Virus record (IMG/VR): IMGVR_UViG_3300030202_002822
Length of the DNA stretch: 64,000 nucleotides
Source: a virus
Reading direction: 5' to 3' (one strand)
A program made the position numbers and the translations under genes. Of this stretch, positions 52,790-61,051 are shown one piece after another. Every line of letters begins with the position of its first letter. The stretch's first letter is position 1. The notes beneath the pieces were generated by a model. That model made no database searches. It worked only from the letters and a program-made list of their open reading frames with translations, and was not told the origin of the DNA.

Positions 52790-52939
52790 AGAATGCCTTC
52801 TGCAAACAATTTAAATCAAATCAGAAGAAGTTCATAAATTTAATTTGTGGACACAATAAGGTTTTAGTAATGTTTACCCTTAATTAATTAATAAACAACC
52901 TTCAAACTGAGTTTAAGAAGTAAAAGCTCCCGCATTCTG
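52790..52939 (+). ncRNA. Candidate structured ncRNA, long copy of the AGAA...TWCWGCAA...TTCTG motif
   Basis: AGAATGC (52790) pairs with GCATTCT (52932), followed by G; internal hairpins; bracketed by terminators. Confidence 0.55.
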
Positions 52940-52943
52940 AAAA

Positions 52944-52983
52944 AAAAGAGTTTATGTGATTTATTTTGCATAAACTCTTTTTT
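52944..52983 (+). terminator. Intrinsic terminator
   Basis: AAAAGAGTTTATG/CATAAACTCTTTT hairpin plus T-run. Confidence 0.8.
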
Positions 52984-53048
52984 ATTGTTTACACTTTGAA
53001 TTATAATGACTAAATTAGTATATAATAAGGAATATAAACAATAAAATA

Positions 53049-53282
53049 ATGATGAAGATTATATCAAAAGTTATTAAAGAAGATGGTTCACAATCAATAG
53101 TATATTTAGTTGATTCAAACGAAAAAGCACTTAAAGCCGAGATTGTTGATGCTGATAGGAAAAAAGTATTAATTAATGAATTATTGAGTGAATACTTCAC
53201 ACCAGAAGATTGGGTAAATAATAAAAAAGACCTATTAAATAATGTTGTCGAAATGACATACGAAGAATATAAAAATCAATAA
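53049..53282 (+). CDS. Hypothetical protein
   Basis: 77 aa ORF. Confidence 0.6.
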   Translation: MMKIISKVIKEDGSQSIVYLVDSNEKALKAEIVDADRKKVLINELLSEYFTPEDWVNNKKDLLNNVVEMTYEEYKNQ

Positions 53283-53283
53283 A

Positions 53284-53601
53284 ATGAAAAGTAACGGAAA
53301 CAATAGTCCACTATTTCTTGTCTTTTATTTAGATAGGGAAATGATGCAAAGCGAAATCATGCAAGGATTTGCAGACCAAGTAAACAACGCATTAGTTCAA
53401 AAGGATGCCAACGCAATGGCCTTTTTTATACCAACAGACGGAGAAGAACGAATTGAGTGTATTAACCCGATTCTAGTAGAAAAAACAGACATGGATAAAA
53501 TCAATAAAATAGTTGAAGATATTAAAAATAGCTTCGATATTGGCAAGGGAGCTGATGATGGTAAAGACAACCCAGACAATTTAATTGACATTAAAAAATA
53601 A
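53284..53601 (+). CDS. Conserved hypothetical protein whose 3' end is duplicated downstream
   Basis: 105 aa; ends GKDNPDNLIDIKK. Confidence 0.7.
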   Translation: MKSNGNNSPLFLVFYLDREMMQSEIMQGFADQVNNALVQKDANAMAFFIPTDGEERIECINPILVEKTDMDKINKIVEDIKNSFDIGKGADDGKDNPDNLIDIKK

Positions 53602-53714
53602 GTAAAAAAAAAATAACATATTATAGTATTTTTTTTAACCACAAGTTAAACTATTTAATAAAACTCAGATAATTATATATAGGTATAAATACATTTAGTC
53701 CTTAATATTGTAAA

Positions 53715-54056
53715 ATGATGGAAGAAGTCAAACAAGCAAAAAAAAATAGTTATGAGAACAATCTTACACCGCCAAGTAAGAATGATGAGTTATTTAGAAC
53801 ATGGGTTGAGTCAAAAAAAACACCCACACAGGAATTTATGAATAAAATAGTTGAATGGGCAAAAATTATTTTTAATAACCAATTTGGTAATAAAAAATAC
53901 GTTACAGATAGACAACTAGAGGGTTTATTAACTGATGTAACTTTAAAAGTTATTAAAGTTAGAAATAAATTTGATGAGAATAGTGGGGTTAAAATATACA
54001 GTTATTTTCACACCTTAATCATTAATACTATTATTAGTGAATTAACTAGTAAGTAA
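53715..54056 (+). CDS. Small protein resembling sigma-factor region 2
   Basis: VRNKFDENSGVKIYSYFHTLIINTI resembles the FD.....  FxxY region 2.3-2.4 motif. Confidence 0.45.
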   Translation: MMEEVKQAKKNSYENNLTPPSKNDELFRTWVESKKTPTQEFMNKIVEWAKIIFNNQFGNKKYVTDRQLEGLLTDVTLKVIKVRNKFDENSGVKIYSYFHTLIINTIISELTSK

Positions 54057-54076
54057 AACATTATAAAATTTTAATT

Positions 54077-54229
54077 ATGATTTTAAATATAATATATGCG
54101 ATATTAGCTTGTTTATGTTTTAAACTAAGTTATGTTAAAACCCAAAATGGGTATGAAGTAAAAATAGGTTTTGTTGTATCAACAATTCTTTGGATTATAT
54201 GTATTGGTTTACACTCATATAGTTTATAA
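54077..54229 (+). CDS. Small two-TM membrane protein (50 aa, absent from the ORF track)
   Basis: My translation: MILNIIYAILACLCFKLSYVKTQNGYEVKIGFVVSTILWIICIGLHSYSL. Confidence 0.55.
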   Translation: MILNIIYAILACLCFKLSYVKTQNGYEVKIGFVVSTILWIICIGLHSYSL

Positions 54230-54231
54230 AG

Positions 54232-54525
54232 ATGGGCTTACAAGAAAAAAACCTTAAATTATATAATGCATGGTTAGAATCAAAAGACTCACCAACTGAT
54301 GAGTTTATAAATGAAGCTTGGGACCTAGCTAATACTTGTAAATCTTTACATAATACTTACACTACATTTGGTTCAAATGATGAATATAAAATATTAAAAT
54401 ATGTTGTTGAAACTATTATAAAGTTAAGAAATGAGTATCCTGATAGAGATAAAAATGGTAATGCTATATGGGGGTATTTCTGTACAATAGCTCAATCAGC
54501 GTTTGCTAAAAAAATTAAAAAATGA
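54232..54525 (+). CDS. Paralog of 53715..54056 (sigma region 2-like)
   Basis: Shared WLESK.SPT.EF.N and (K/T)IIK.RN...  YF.T motifs. Confidence 0.5.
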   Translation: MGLQEKNLKLYNAWLESKDSPTDEFINEAWDLANTCKSLHNTYTTFGSNDEYKILKYVVETIIKLRNEYPDRDKNGNAIWGYFCTIAQSAFAKKIKK

Positions 54526-54893
54526 ACAGAACAACAAAAAGATGGCACTCTTTAGGTTTCCTTGAAGGAATGGAAAATAATGAAATGGAAGTTACAGCAA
54601 ACCTAATGGAAGAGGCCTCAAGTATACTAACTAGAAAAATAAAAGAAGAGGCAAATGGTGTCATTGGACTAAATTATCATGAAAATCTATGCACATGTAT
54701 TTTTCCATTTATATATCGTTTAGTTAAGAATAATCCAGCCTTATATTCTAAGACAGTAAAAATAAATATTGATGTTAATAAAATAATAGAATTTTTAGAT
54801 AAAAATTTAAAAAGTCATTACGATTTATTTAAACCAAAAGGTGATGATAAAGAAACTGAATTTTTAAATAACCTAATTAGTGGTTATATTTAA
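54522..54893 (+). CDS. Small protein resembling the N-terminus of a gp23-type major capsid protein
   Basis: KRWHSLGFLEG...ANLMEEASSIL...IFPFIYRLV. Confidence 0.45.
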   Translation: MNRTTKRWHSLGFLEGMENNEMEVTANLMEEASSILTRKIKEEANGVIGLNYHENLCTCIFPFIYRLVKNNPALYSKTVKINIDVNKIIEFLDKNLKSHYDLFKPKGDDKETEFLNNLISGYI

Positions 54894-54943
54894 CTAAGGT
54901 CTTGTTGAAGGTAAGGACAATCCAGACAACCTAATCGATATAC

Positions 54944-55393
54944 ATGATGAAACAGAAGGTCAGTAAAGAAGATAAGAAATATCCAAACTGGAATGGAATT
55001 TACGGATTCCTAGACGGTTTAACATACAAGGAACCAGAACTATTTAGTAACACACGTAGAGCAGTAAAGATGTTTGAGTCTTGGGCTAGTGTATTTATGA
55101 ATGATGTGGATAACCTAGGCAAGTGGTGTGTTTACATTGTAGTTTGTATGGACAATACACTCTATACAGGTATCAGTAATGATATAGTTAAGCGTATGGA
55201 AGCACATAACAAAGGTAAGGGGGCTAAATACACTCGTGGTAGATTACCAGTATACTTAGAAACATTTCACTTCGTAGAGAGCAAGTCTGAGGCTCTTAAG
55301 TTAGAGTATAAGATAAAGCAAATGAAAAGGCTTGATAAGATACCATACTTAAAATCACTTAGAGATGAATCTAAGAAATATGATAGTATATAA
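54944..55393 (+). CDS. GIY-YIG nuclease (UPF0213/SLX1-like) with N-terminal extension
   Basis: VYIV...LYTGISNDIVKRMEAHN.GKGAKYTRGR.P...ALKLEYKIK. Confidence 0.88.
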   Translation: MMKQKVSKEDKKYPNWNGIYGFLDGLTYKEPELFSNTRRAVKMFESWASVFMNDVDNLGKWCVYIVVCMDNTLYTGISNDIVKRMEAHNKGKGAKYTRGRLPVYLETFHFVESKSEALKLEYKIKQMKRLDKIPYLKSLRDESKKYDSI

Positions 55394-55544
55394 ACCCAGG
55401 TCAATCGGACCATCTACCATAATTAACAACCCAAAGTATATTGCTGGTATTGATAACGTCCTAGACGATAGTGAAATAATTATCTATAGGGTTCATGATG
55501 GAAAGATAATCAAAGTAATTAAGAAAGATGGAATTAGTATCTAA
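55380..55544 (+). CDS. Small hypothetical protein (54 aa, absent from the ORF track)
   Basis: My translation begins MIVYKPRSIGPST; overlaps the GIY-YIG stop. Confidence 0.4.
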   Translation: MIVYKPRSIGPSTIINNPKYIAGIDNVLDDSEIIIYRVHDGKIIKVIKKDGISI

Positions 55545-55614
55545 GGTCGTGTTGAAAGTCTATAGGTTAACGTGTCGAACATACTTAAAATACATCAGAC
55601 CAGTATTAACAACA

Positions 55615-56325
55615 CTATACCCTTAAATCTCTTTTTATGTTCCTATTAACGTGACTACACAATGGTTGTAGGTTGGTGTAATGATTTAACCTAATAACAT
55701 CTTCTTCAGTCTCAGCTTCTGATATAGGTATAATATGGTCAATATCCCAACCATAACATTCTTCACCGTTGTATAAACCTCTATTATCCCAATTCATCCA
55801 TTCTTCGAATTGGGATTCGATATATAATTTAAAAGTCTCAAAAGAACAACCAAGAAGTTTAATAGTTTTAGAGTTTTTCTTCACACCTCTATTTTTAAAA
55901 GATTCATTTATCAAATTCCTAGTACTAACAGTTAAAGCGTATAACGGGTCATTAACTCTCCTATCCCTTTCTCTCTTATTTCGTTTATCTTTATTTTTTT
56001 TGTTGTATACTTTTTGTTTAACTTGTAATTTGTCTTTATTCTGTTCATAATAATCTTTCATTTGAGCAGATTTATGTTCTTTATTTTTCTCGTAATATTC
56101 TTTTTGGTAAGTTTTAAACACTTCAGTTTGAGAATAACCCTTAACTTTGTCAGGGTTATTCTTACGCCAATTACGTTGAGTTTCCTTAAGTTTATTTTTA
56201 TTATCTAATCTATATTGTTTTTGACACAATTTACACCTAGTCTGCAATCCATCTTTACCATATTTATCTTTACTAAAGTTGTCCACATCCTTAGATTCAC
56301 CACACTTAGTACATACCTTAGTCAT
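55615..56325 (-). CDS. HNH homing endonuclease-like protein with N-terminal Zn finger
   Basis: CTKC...CKLC, K/E-rich helical repeats, WDIDHIIP...NHYTNLQPL...N. Confidence 0.85.
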   Translation of the reverse strand: MTKVCTKCGESKDVDNFSKDKYGKDGLQTRCKLCQKQYRLDNKNKLKETQRNWRKNNPDKVKGYSQTEVFKTYQKEYYEKNKEHKSAQMKDYYEQNKDKLQVKQKVYNKKNKDKRNKRERDRRVNDPLYALTVSTRNLINESFKNRGVKKNSKTIKLLGCSFETFKLYIESQFEEWMNWDNRGLYNGEECYGWDIDHIIPISEAETEEDVIRLNHYTNLQPLCSHVNRNIKRDLRV

Positions 56326-56485
56326 TATCCATAAGATTATATTGAGTCATGTATTCTCTAATTAGAGAGTCAATGAACTTTGATTTGTTATTAGTAACTT
56401 TTTCGATACTCTCAAGTAAGTCCTTAGATATAGTGATTCCTAACTTAACTTTCTTTTCTTCTTCATTTAATTTTGGTCGTGCCAT
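56318..56485 (-). CDS. Ribbon-helix-helix (CopG/Arc-like) DNA-binding protein (55 aa, absent from the ORF track)
   Basis: My translation MARPKLNEEEKKVKLGITISKDLLESIEKVTNNKSKFIDSLIREY...; its stop overlaps the HNH start. Confidence 0.75.
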   Translation of the reverse strand: MARPKLNEEEKKVKLGITISKDLLESIEKVTNNKSKFIDSLIREYMTQYNLMDND

Positions 56486-56524
56486 AATGTTCTTTATGTA
56501 TAAATATAGAGAATAATAGTAAAC

Positions 56525-56546
56525 ATCCGATTTTTATCCGATTTTT
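56525..56546. repeat. Tandem 11-bp direct repeat ATCCGATTTTT x2 (candidate operator)
   Basis: Seen directly in the sequence, upstream of the RHH gene promoter. Confidence 0.7.
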
Positions 56547-56547
56547 A

Positions 56548-57210
56548 TTATGGTCTAGTACTTGTGCGGCGGATTTTAGTCATGGGCCACCCAGTGTGGG
56601 TTTGAATAATTTCATACATATATGAGACCGTTGCTTCTGATGCTGTACCCATGAAGATAATACTTTTTATCTTATTTTTTTTACACGCATTATGTATCAT
56701 GTGGTGTAGTCTTTGAGCATCTTCTTTACATTTACAAATAACCATTTCAAACTGGTCCTCATTATATAATATCAGTTTATTATGTACGACTATTAATTGC
56801 TTGGTCATATTTTTCTTATACGCACCAACCATCATAACTTTAAGTATGTCATTTATTTTAACCCTATCTTTAACTGGGTCCTTCCCAAACATCCAAAAAG
56901 TTTCCTCAAACTCATAAGGGTGGTCATCAAGTATAGTCCAATTACCCAGTGGTTTTTCAGTATAAGTTCTACCCATCTTATCTCTAAGAACCCTAAATTC
57001 ATCACCTTCTTCAGTATCTTTAATTATTGCCACCTTATATGTTATTTTTTTTATACCCTTATAATTAACATACCTTCTTGGAAAGATAACACCTACATTA
57101 GCGTCTATAATTTTTCTATAATTGATAAACGAAGTCTCTCTTGTTTTACAACGATGCATAGTCATACTATACTTACCATTTTTTAATAGAATCACTCTGT
57201 ACATATCCAA
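56548..57210 (-). CDS. Conserved hypothetical protein
   Basis: 220 aa ORF, divergent from dnaJ. Confidence 0.75.
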   Translation of the reverse strand: MDMYRVILLKNGKYSMTMHRCKTRETSFINYRKIIDANVGVIFPRRYVNYKGIKKITYKVAIIKDTEEGDEFRVLRDKMGRTYTEKPLGNWTILDDHPYEFEETFWMFGKDPVKDRVKINDILKVMMVGAYKKNMTKQLIVVHNKLILYNEDQFEMVICKCKEDAQRLHHMIHNACKKNKIKSIIFMGTASEATVSYMYEIIQTHTGWPMTKIRRTSTRP

Positions 57211-57244
57211 TAAATATATGTATATTTAAATAAATGTAAATATT

Positions 57245-58285
57245 ATGGCAAGGGATTATTACGAAATACTTGGGTTATCAAGGGGTGCAACAGATAAAGA
57301 AATAAAGAAAGCTTATAGAAAATTAGCCATGGAGCATCACCCAGATAAGGGTGGTGATGAAAAATTATTTAAAGAGATATCAGAAGCTAATGATATATTA
57401 TCTGACAAGAATAAAAAAGATAATTATGATAGATACGGGCACACCAACCAAAGACAAAGGAATGGTGGTGTAAACATGGAAGATATAATGAACAACTTCA
57501 ACTTTGGTGGAATGGGTGGAAATCCATTTGGAGGTCGAAGAGAAAAACGTGGACAGGATATAGTAGTTAATATGAACATTACAATCGAAGAAGTGTTTAA
57601 TGGTGTATCAAAGAAGTTTAAATATAGAAGAAATTCTGCTTGTGTTTCTTGTAATGGAGCTGGTGGAACCGATAAACAAACATGTGGGACGTGTGACGGT
57701 AGAGGTTTCATTATAAGACAACAAATGACACCCATGGGTAGTTTCCAAACGCAACAAACTTGTTCAAACTGTCAAGGTGAGGGTTATGTTGTAAAAAATG
57801 TATGTAATAGCTGTGGCGGTGCGGGAGTTGGTAATAAGGAAGAGTTTATATCTGTAAACATACCCAAGGGTATTACCGAACAAGAAACTATCCAGTACTC
57901 TGGTATGGGTAACGCGATAAAAGACGGTATACCTGGTTCATTACTAATTAAAATTAATATTGTACCTCATAAAGATTTTACAATAAGTGGTAATGACTTA
58001 AAATATAAACTTAAGTTAAGTTATCCACAATTAGTTATAGGTGATAAAGTAGAGGTTCCAGTCATTGAGGGTGGTAAAATCAGAGTTAAAATACCAGAAT
58101 ATAGTAAAATCGGGGATAATTTAAGAATAATAAATAAGGGTTTGAATAATATTAAAAATAATTTTCGTGGTTCAATGATAATAATTTTAGATATAGAAAT
58201 GCCTACAAACATTAAGGGTGAAGAGTTGGAATTAATTAAAAAATTAAAAAAAATACATGATGGGGTTGAAACTAAGGTTGATTAA
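57245..58285 (+). CDS. dnaJ: Class A J-domain co-chaperone
   Basis: J domain with HPD, G/F region, four CxxCxGxG repeats, C-terminal domain. Confidence 0.96.
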   Translation: MARDYYEILGLSRGATDKEIKKAYRKLAMEHHPDKGGDEKLFKEISEANDILSDKNKKDNYDRYGHTNQRQRNGGVNMEDIMNNFNFGGMGGNPFGGRREKRGQDIVVNMNITIEEVFNGVSKKFKYRRNSACVSCNGAGGTDKQTCGTCDGRGFIIRQQMTPMGSFQTQQTCSNCQGEGYVVKNVCNSCGGAGVGNKEEFISVNIPKGITEQETIQYSGMGNAIKDGIPGSLLIKINIVPHKDFTISGNDLKYKLKLSYPQLVIGDKVEVPVIEGGKIRVKIPEYSKIGDNLRIINKGLNNIKNNFRGSMIIILDIEMPTNIKGEELELIKKLKKIHDGVETKVD

Positions 58286-58296
58286 TAGTATCTTTG
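58266..58296 (+). promoter_or_regulatory. Early-type promoter
   Basis: TTGAAA-N17-TATCTTTG. Confidence 0.6.
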
Positions 58297-58333
58297 TATC
58301 ATAAACAAATAAATAACAATTAAATTTAAAATT

Positions 58334-58765
58334 ATGGCAGAATTCTACGAACCACACAAAGACACATTGAGTATTTTTAATGGTGTTATCGCGAACAAAG
58401 AATTAGATAGAGTTGTCTCTATTGCGATTAGAGGTAACAACAAACAAAAAGAAATCTATTCAATCCAAAAAAGTGGTGAATTAATGAAGAGTGAAACTAA
58501 TAAAGAAGTCTTTATTATAGTAAACGAATTAATATTTGAACAACTAGAAGAGGTTCATCAAGTACTAGTTGCTGAGGAAGCTATTACCGCTATTGTGTTT
58601 GATGCAGAAAAAGACAAATTAAGCCTAAAAAAGGGTGATGTTGGTATAACTAACCGTGGCGCATTTTCAGGTATATTAAAAAAGTTTACACCAGAAATGT
58701 ATGAACTAGTTCAAGAGAGTATTAAAACACTATATAATGTAGAAAAAGAAGAGGCTGAGGTATGA
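58334..58765 (+). CDS. Hypothetical protein (possibly a degenerate phage metallopeptidase-like fold)
   Basis: 143 aa; no intact HExxH motif. Confidence 0.6.
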   Translation: MAEFYEPHKDTLSIFNGVIANKELDRVVSIAIRGNNKQKEIYSIQKSGELMKSETNKEVFIIVNELIFEQLEEVHQVLVAEEAITAIVFDAEKDKLSLKKGDVGITNRGAFSGILKKFTPEMYELVQESIKTLYNVEKEEAEV

Positions 58766-59019
58766 TGACACCAGAAGAAGTATCAGAATACAATGAAGAA
58801 GCTTTAATAGCTGATGGATTAGATGAAGCGATAATAGGGGTTGCCGAGAGAATAAACCTCGGTCCCGTTGCTGCATATAGTGTCGAAAAAATATATGAAA
58901 TACTAATGACTCGTGACGGTATGACATATGAAGAAGCTATTGAGTTTTTTGAATTTAACATAAAAGGGTCATGGATGGGAGAATACACACCTGTCTACAT
59001 TTACACAAACGAAGATTAA
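58762..59019 (+). CDS. Conserved phage hypothetical protein
   Basis: ADGLDEAIIG...MTYEEAIEFFEFNI.GSWMG..TP pattern. Confidence 0.7.
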   Translation: MMTPEEVSEYNEEALIADGLDEAIIGVAERINLGPVAAYSVEKIYEILMTRDGMTYEEAIEFFEFNIKGSWMGEYTPVYIYTNED

Positions 59020-59020
59020 A

Positions 59021-59245
59021 ATGCAAGAACAAATTTACAAATTACTAAAATCTAAGGCTTTATCTGAAAGAGAAGAAGCAATAACAACACTAAAACTTAT
59101 GGGTAATCATCCAGCTGGTATCGGAGACCATTCTACAGAGGATTTCTATAATAACGTCGAGGAATCTTTAAGTAAGTTAGTTGATGCTGATGATAAATTA
59201 AGTACTTTAGAAAAATATAAGTCTGAATTATTTTCAGCTAGATAA
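59021..59245 (+). CDS. Small conserved hypothetical protein
   Basis: 74 aa with a GIGDHS motif. Confidence 0.7.
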   Translation: MQEQIYKLLKSKALSEREEAITTLKLMGNHPAGIGDHSTEDFYNNVEESLSKLVDADDKLSTLEKYKSELFSAR

Positions 59246-59255
59246 AAAAATACAC

Positions 59256-59993
59256 ATGGAAAACTATATGAATACAAATATTGACTTTCATAGTGAGTTC
59301 AGAAATTATGCAATGAACCATATGGGGGTTAGCGGAATGGAGTTTTACAATTGGGAAAAATCACAAGCCTCAATCTATAACAACGTAAACGTATTGGCTG
59401 GAACACAACCTAGTGGTTCAATGACACCCTATATCCTTGAAGAAAGAGAATTAAGGGTAACTCAAATGGACATATTCTCAAGACAGATGATGGATAGGAT
59501 ACTTTGGGTAGTTGGACCAGTTAACGACCATATGTCAACGGTTGTATGCGCTCAGCTAATGTTCTTAGACAATTTAGAGGTGTCTGACATTAAGATGTAC
59601 GTAGATAGTCCAGGAGGTAGCGTTAAAAGTGGTCTTAGCATGGTAGATGTAATGAACTATGTTGAATCTGATATTGTAACAGTTAATACTGGTATGGCAG
59701 CGTCAATGGGTTCTATACTATTAGGTAATGGTACTAAGGGTAAAAGATTTGCGTTACCAAATTCAAGGGTTATGCTTCACCAAGTTAGTAGTGGTGCTAG
59801 AGGTCATGTTGAAGATATGAAGATTAGTATTGCTGAAGCTGAGAAGTATAATCAAAACTTATTTGCCATGCTTGCTGAATATACTGATAAGGATATCAAG
59901 ACAGTACTTAAGGATTGTAATAGAGATAACTGGCTTAATGCTAAAGAAGCTTTAGAATATGGTATCATAGATGATATTATAACTAAAAAATAA
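59256..59993 (+). CDS. clpP: ATP-dependent Clp protease proteolytic subunit (Bacteroidota-type N-terminus)
   Basis: DSPGG, MAASMGS (Ser), VMLHQ (His), RDNWL (Asp); TPYILEER...MDIFSR. Confidence 0.95.
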   Translation: MENYMNTNIDFHSEFRNYAMNHMGVSGMEFYNWEKSQASIYNNVNVLAGTQPSGSMTPYILEERELRVTQMDIFSRQMMDRILWVVGPVNDHMSTVVCAQLMFLDNLEVSDIKMYVDSPGGSVKSGLSMVDVMNYVESDIVTVNTGMAASMGSILLGNGTKGKRFALPNSRVMLHQVSSGARGHVEDMKISIAEAEKYNQNLFAMLAEYTDKDIKTVLKDCNRDNWLNAKEALEYGIIDDIITKK

Positions 59994-60459
59994 TAATTGG
60001 TTGCCCCATATAACAATTTAAATACATAAATAGATATGGAAACAATTATTTTAATTTCAGTTTTATCAACTCTAGGTGTAGTTGCATTAGTTACGGCTAT
60101 TGTGGTTATGTTTACGAAGTTGAACAAAAAGGTTGGGAACGAAATGTTTAACAACGAAATGACAGGTTTAATCAATTTAATTGATGAAAACCAAAGGTTA
60201 AATAACAAAAGGGATGAGGAAAATAATAATGAGTTATCCCGAAACATCGATGATATATATCGAGCAATAACTAAAGTTGAGTCTAATTTAGATTCAAGGA
60301 CTGATAAGCTTCACGACCTTATTAAGTTAACGGAAAAAGAACTTGTAAATCAGTTAGATTACAGGTTAAGTGAAATGGAGAGACTTATTTTCAAGGTCCA
60401 AGAAAAGGTTAATAAGGAATTATTGACTAATTAATAATAAACGGGGCAACTAATTATTA
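59991..60459. repeat. 17-bp inverted repeat pair (59991-60007 and 60443-60459) bracketing one gene
   Basis: TAATAATTGGTTGCCCC versus GGGGCAACTAATTATTA; the single mismatch is G-U compatible. Confidence 0.8.
60036..60434 (+). CDS. Membrane-anchored coiled-coil protein
   Basis: N-terminal TM followed by heptad repeats. Confidence 0.75.
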   Translation: METIILISVLSTLGVVALVTAIVVMFTKLNKKVGNEMFNNEMTGLINLIDENQRLNNKRDEENNNELSRNIDDIYRAITKVESNLDSRTDKLHDLIKLTEKELVNQLDYRLSEMERLIFKVQEKVNKELLTN

Positions 60460-60460
60460 A

Positions 60461-60487
60461 TGGGAACTTAACGGTTCCCATTTTTTT
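60461..60487 (+). terminator. Intrinsic terminator
   Basis: TGGGAAC/GTTCCCA hairpin plus T7. Confidence 0.85.
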
Positions 60488-60497
60488 ATCAAAAAAG

Positions 60498-60528
60498 TTG
60501 ACAAGTTATTAAATTTTTAGTATATTTG
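60498..60528 (+). promoter_or_regulatory. Promoter for tmRNA
   Basis: TTGACA-N17-TATATTTG. Confidence 0.8.
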
Positions 60529-60558
60529 TAGATATATATAAAGTAGTTCTTTTTTTAT

Positions 60559-60918
60559 GGGGTATATTGCTATTGATTACTTAAGTTGTGATTGGTAAGC
60601 ATGCAGTGTTAAATGGAAACACTTTAATAACCTATTGCAATTTTTTAAATGACAACGAGTTTGACATTGACAAAAACTTCCTAGAAACTTCTACAGTAGA
60701 AGAATTCTCAGGAGAGGTAGCATTCGCCTAATCGAAGACGCACGTCCTTCATGGACACCAGGTTTATCTGATTGTACTTAACAATCGGCTGAAGGTTGTA
60801 AGTTACCGCTCTGCTAATTTGGGAACTTAATATTTTTGTTCTTTTAGAAAAAACGAACTAAGCATGTAGAAAACTTATTATAGGTAAGTAAGACGTGAGT
60901 TCAATCTCACATACTCCA
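60559..60918 (+). ncRNA. ssrA: tmRNA
   Basis: Acceptor stem GGGGTAT/ATACTCC with G3-U and discriminator A; T-arm GTGAG/CTCAC; GCATGTAG near the 3' end; internal tag ORF 60651-60731. Confidence 0.92.
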
Positions 60919-60949
60919 CACTAAGACGTTTTTTGTCTTATATTTTTTT

Positions 60950-60981
60950 AAACCCTCTAATTAATTTTAGAGGGTTTTTTT
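60950..60981 (+). terminator. Intrinsic terminator after tmRNA
   Basis: AAACCCTCTAA/TTAGAGGGTTT hairpin plus T-run. Confidence 0.85.
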
Positions 60982-60992
60982 ATTATTAAAGG

Positions 60993-61023
60993 TTGACAAT
61001 ATCATTTATTCTATGTATATTTG
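60993..61023 (+). promoter_or_regulatory. Early-type promoter
   Basis: TTGACA-N17-TATATTTG. Confidence 0.8.
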
Positions 61024-61051
61024 CAGTATAACAAAAAAAATATTATTAATT

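Larger units (their letters stand above)
53560..54941 (+). mobile_element. Putative ~1.35 kb insertion bounded by imperfect 32-bp direct repeats (53560-53591 and 54910-54941)
   Basis: Both repeats encode GKDNPDNLIDI; all 6 mismatches are synonymous. Confidence 0.6.

Noticed and set aside
53560-54941. The insertion as an IS or integrase-driven element
   Set aside because: No transposase or integrase lies within it and there are no terminal inverted repeats; it is kept only as a recombination-derived insertion.
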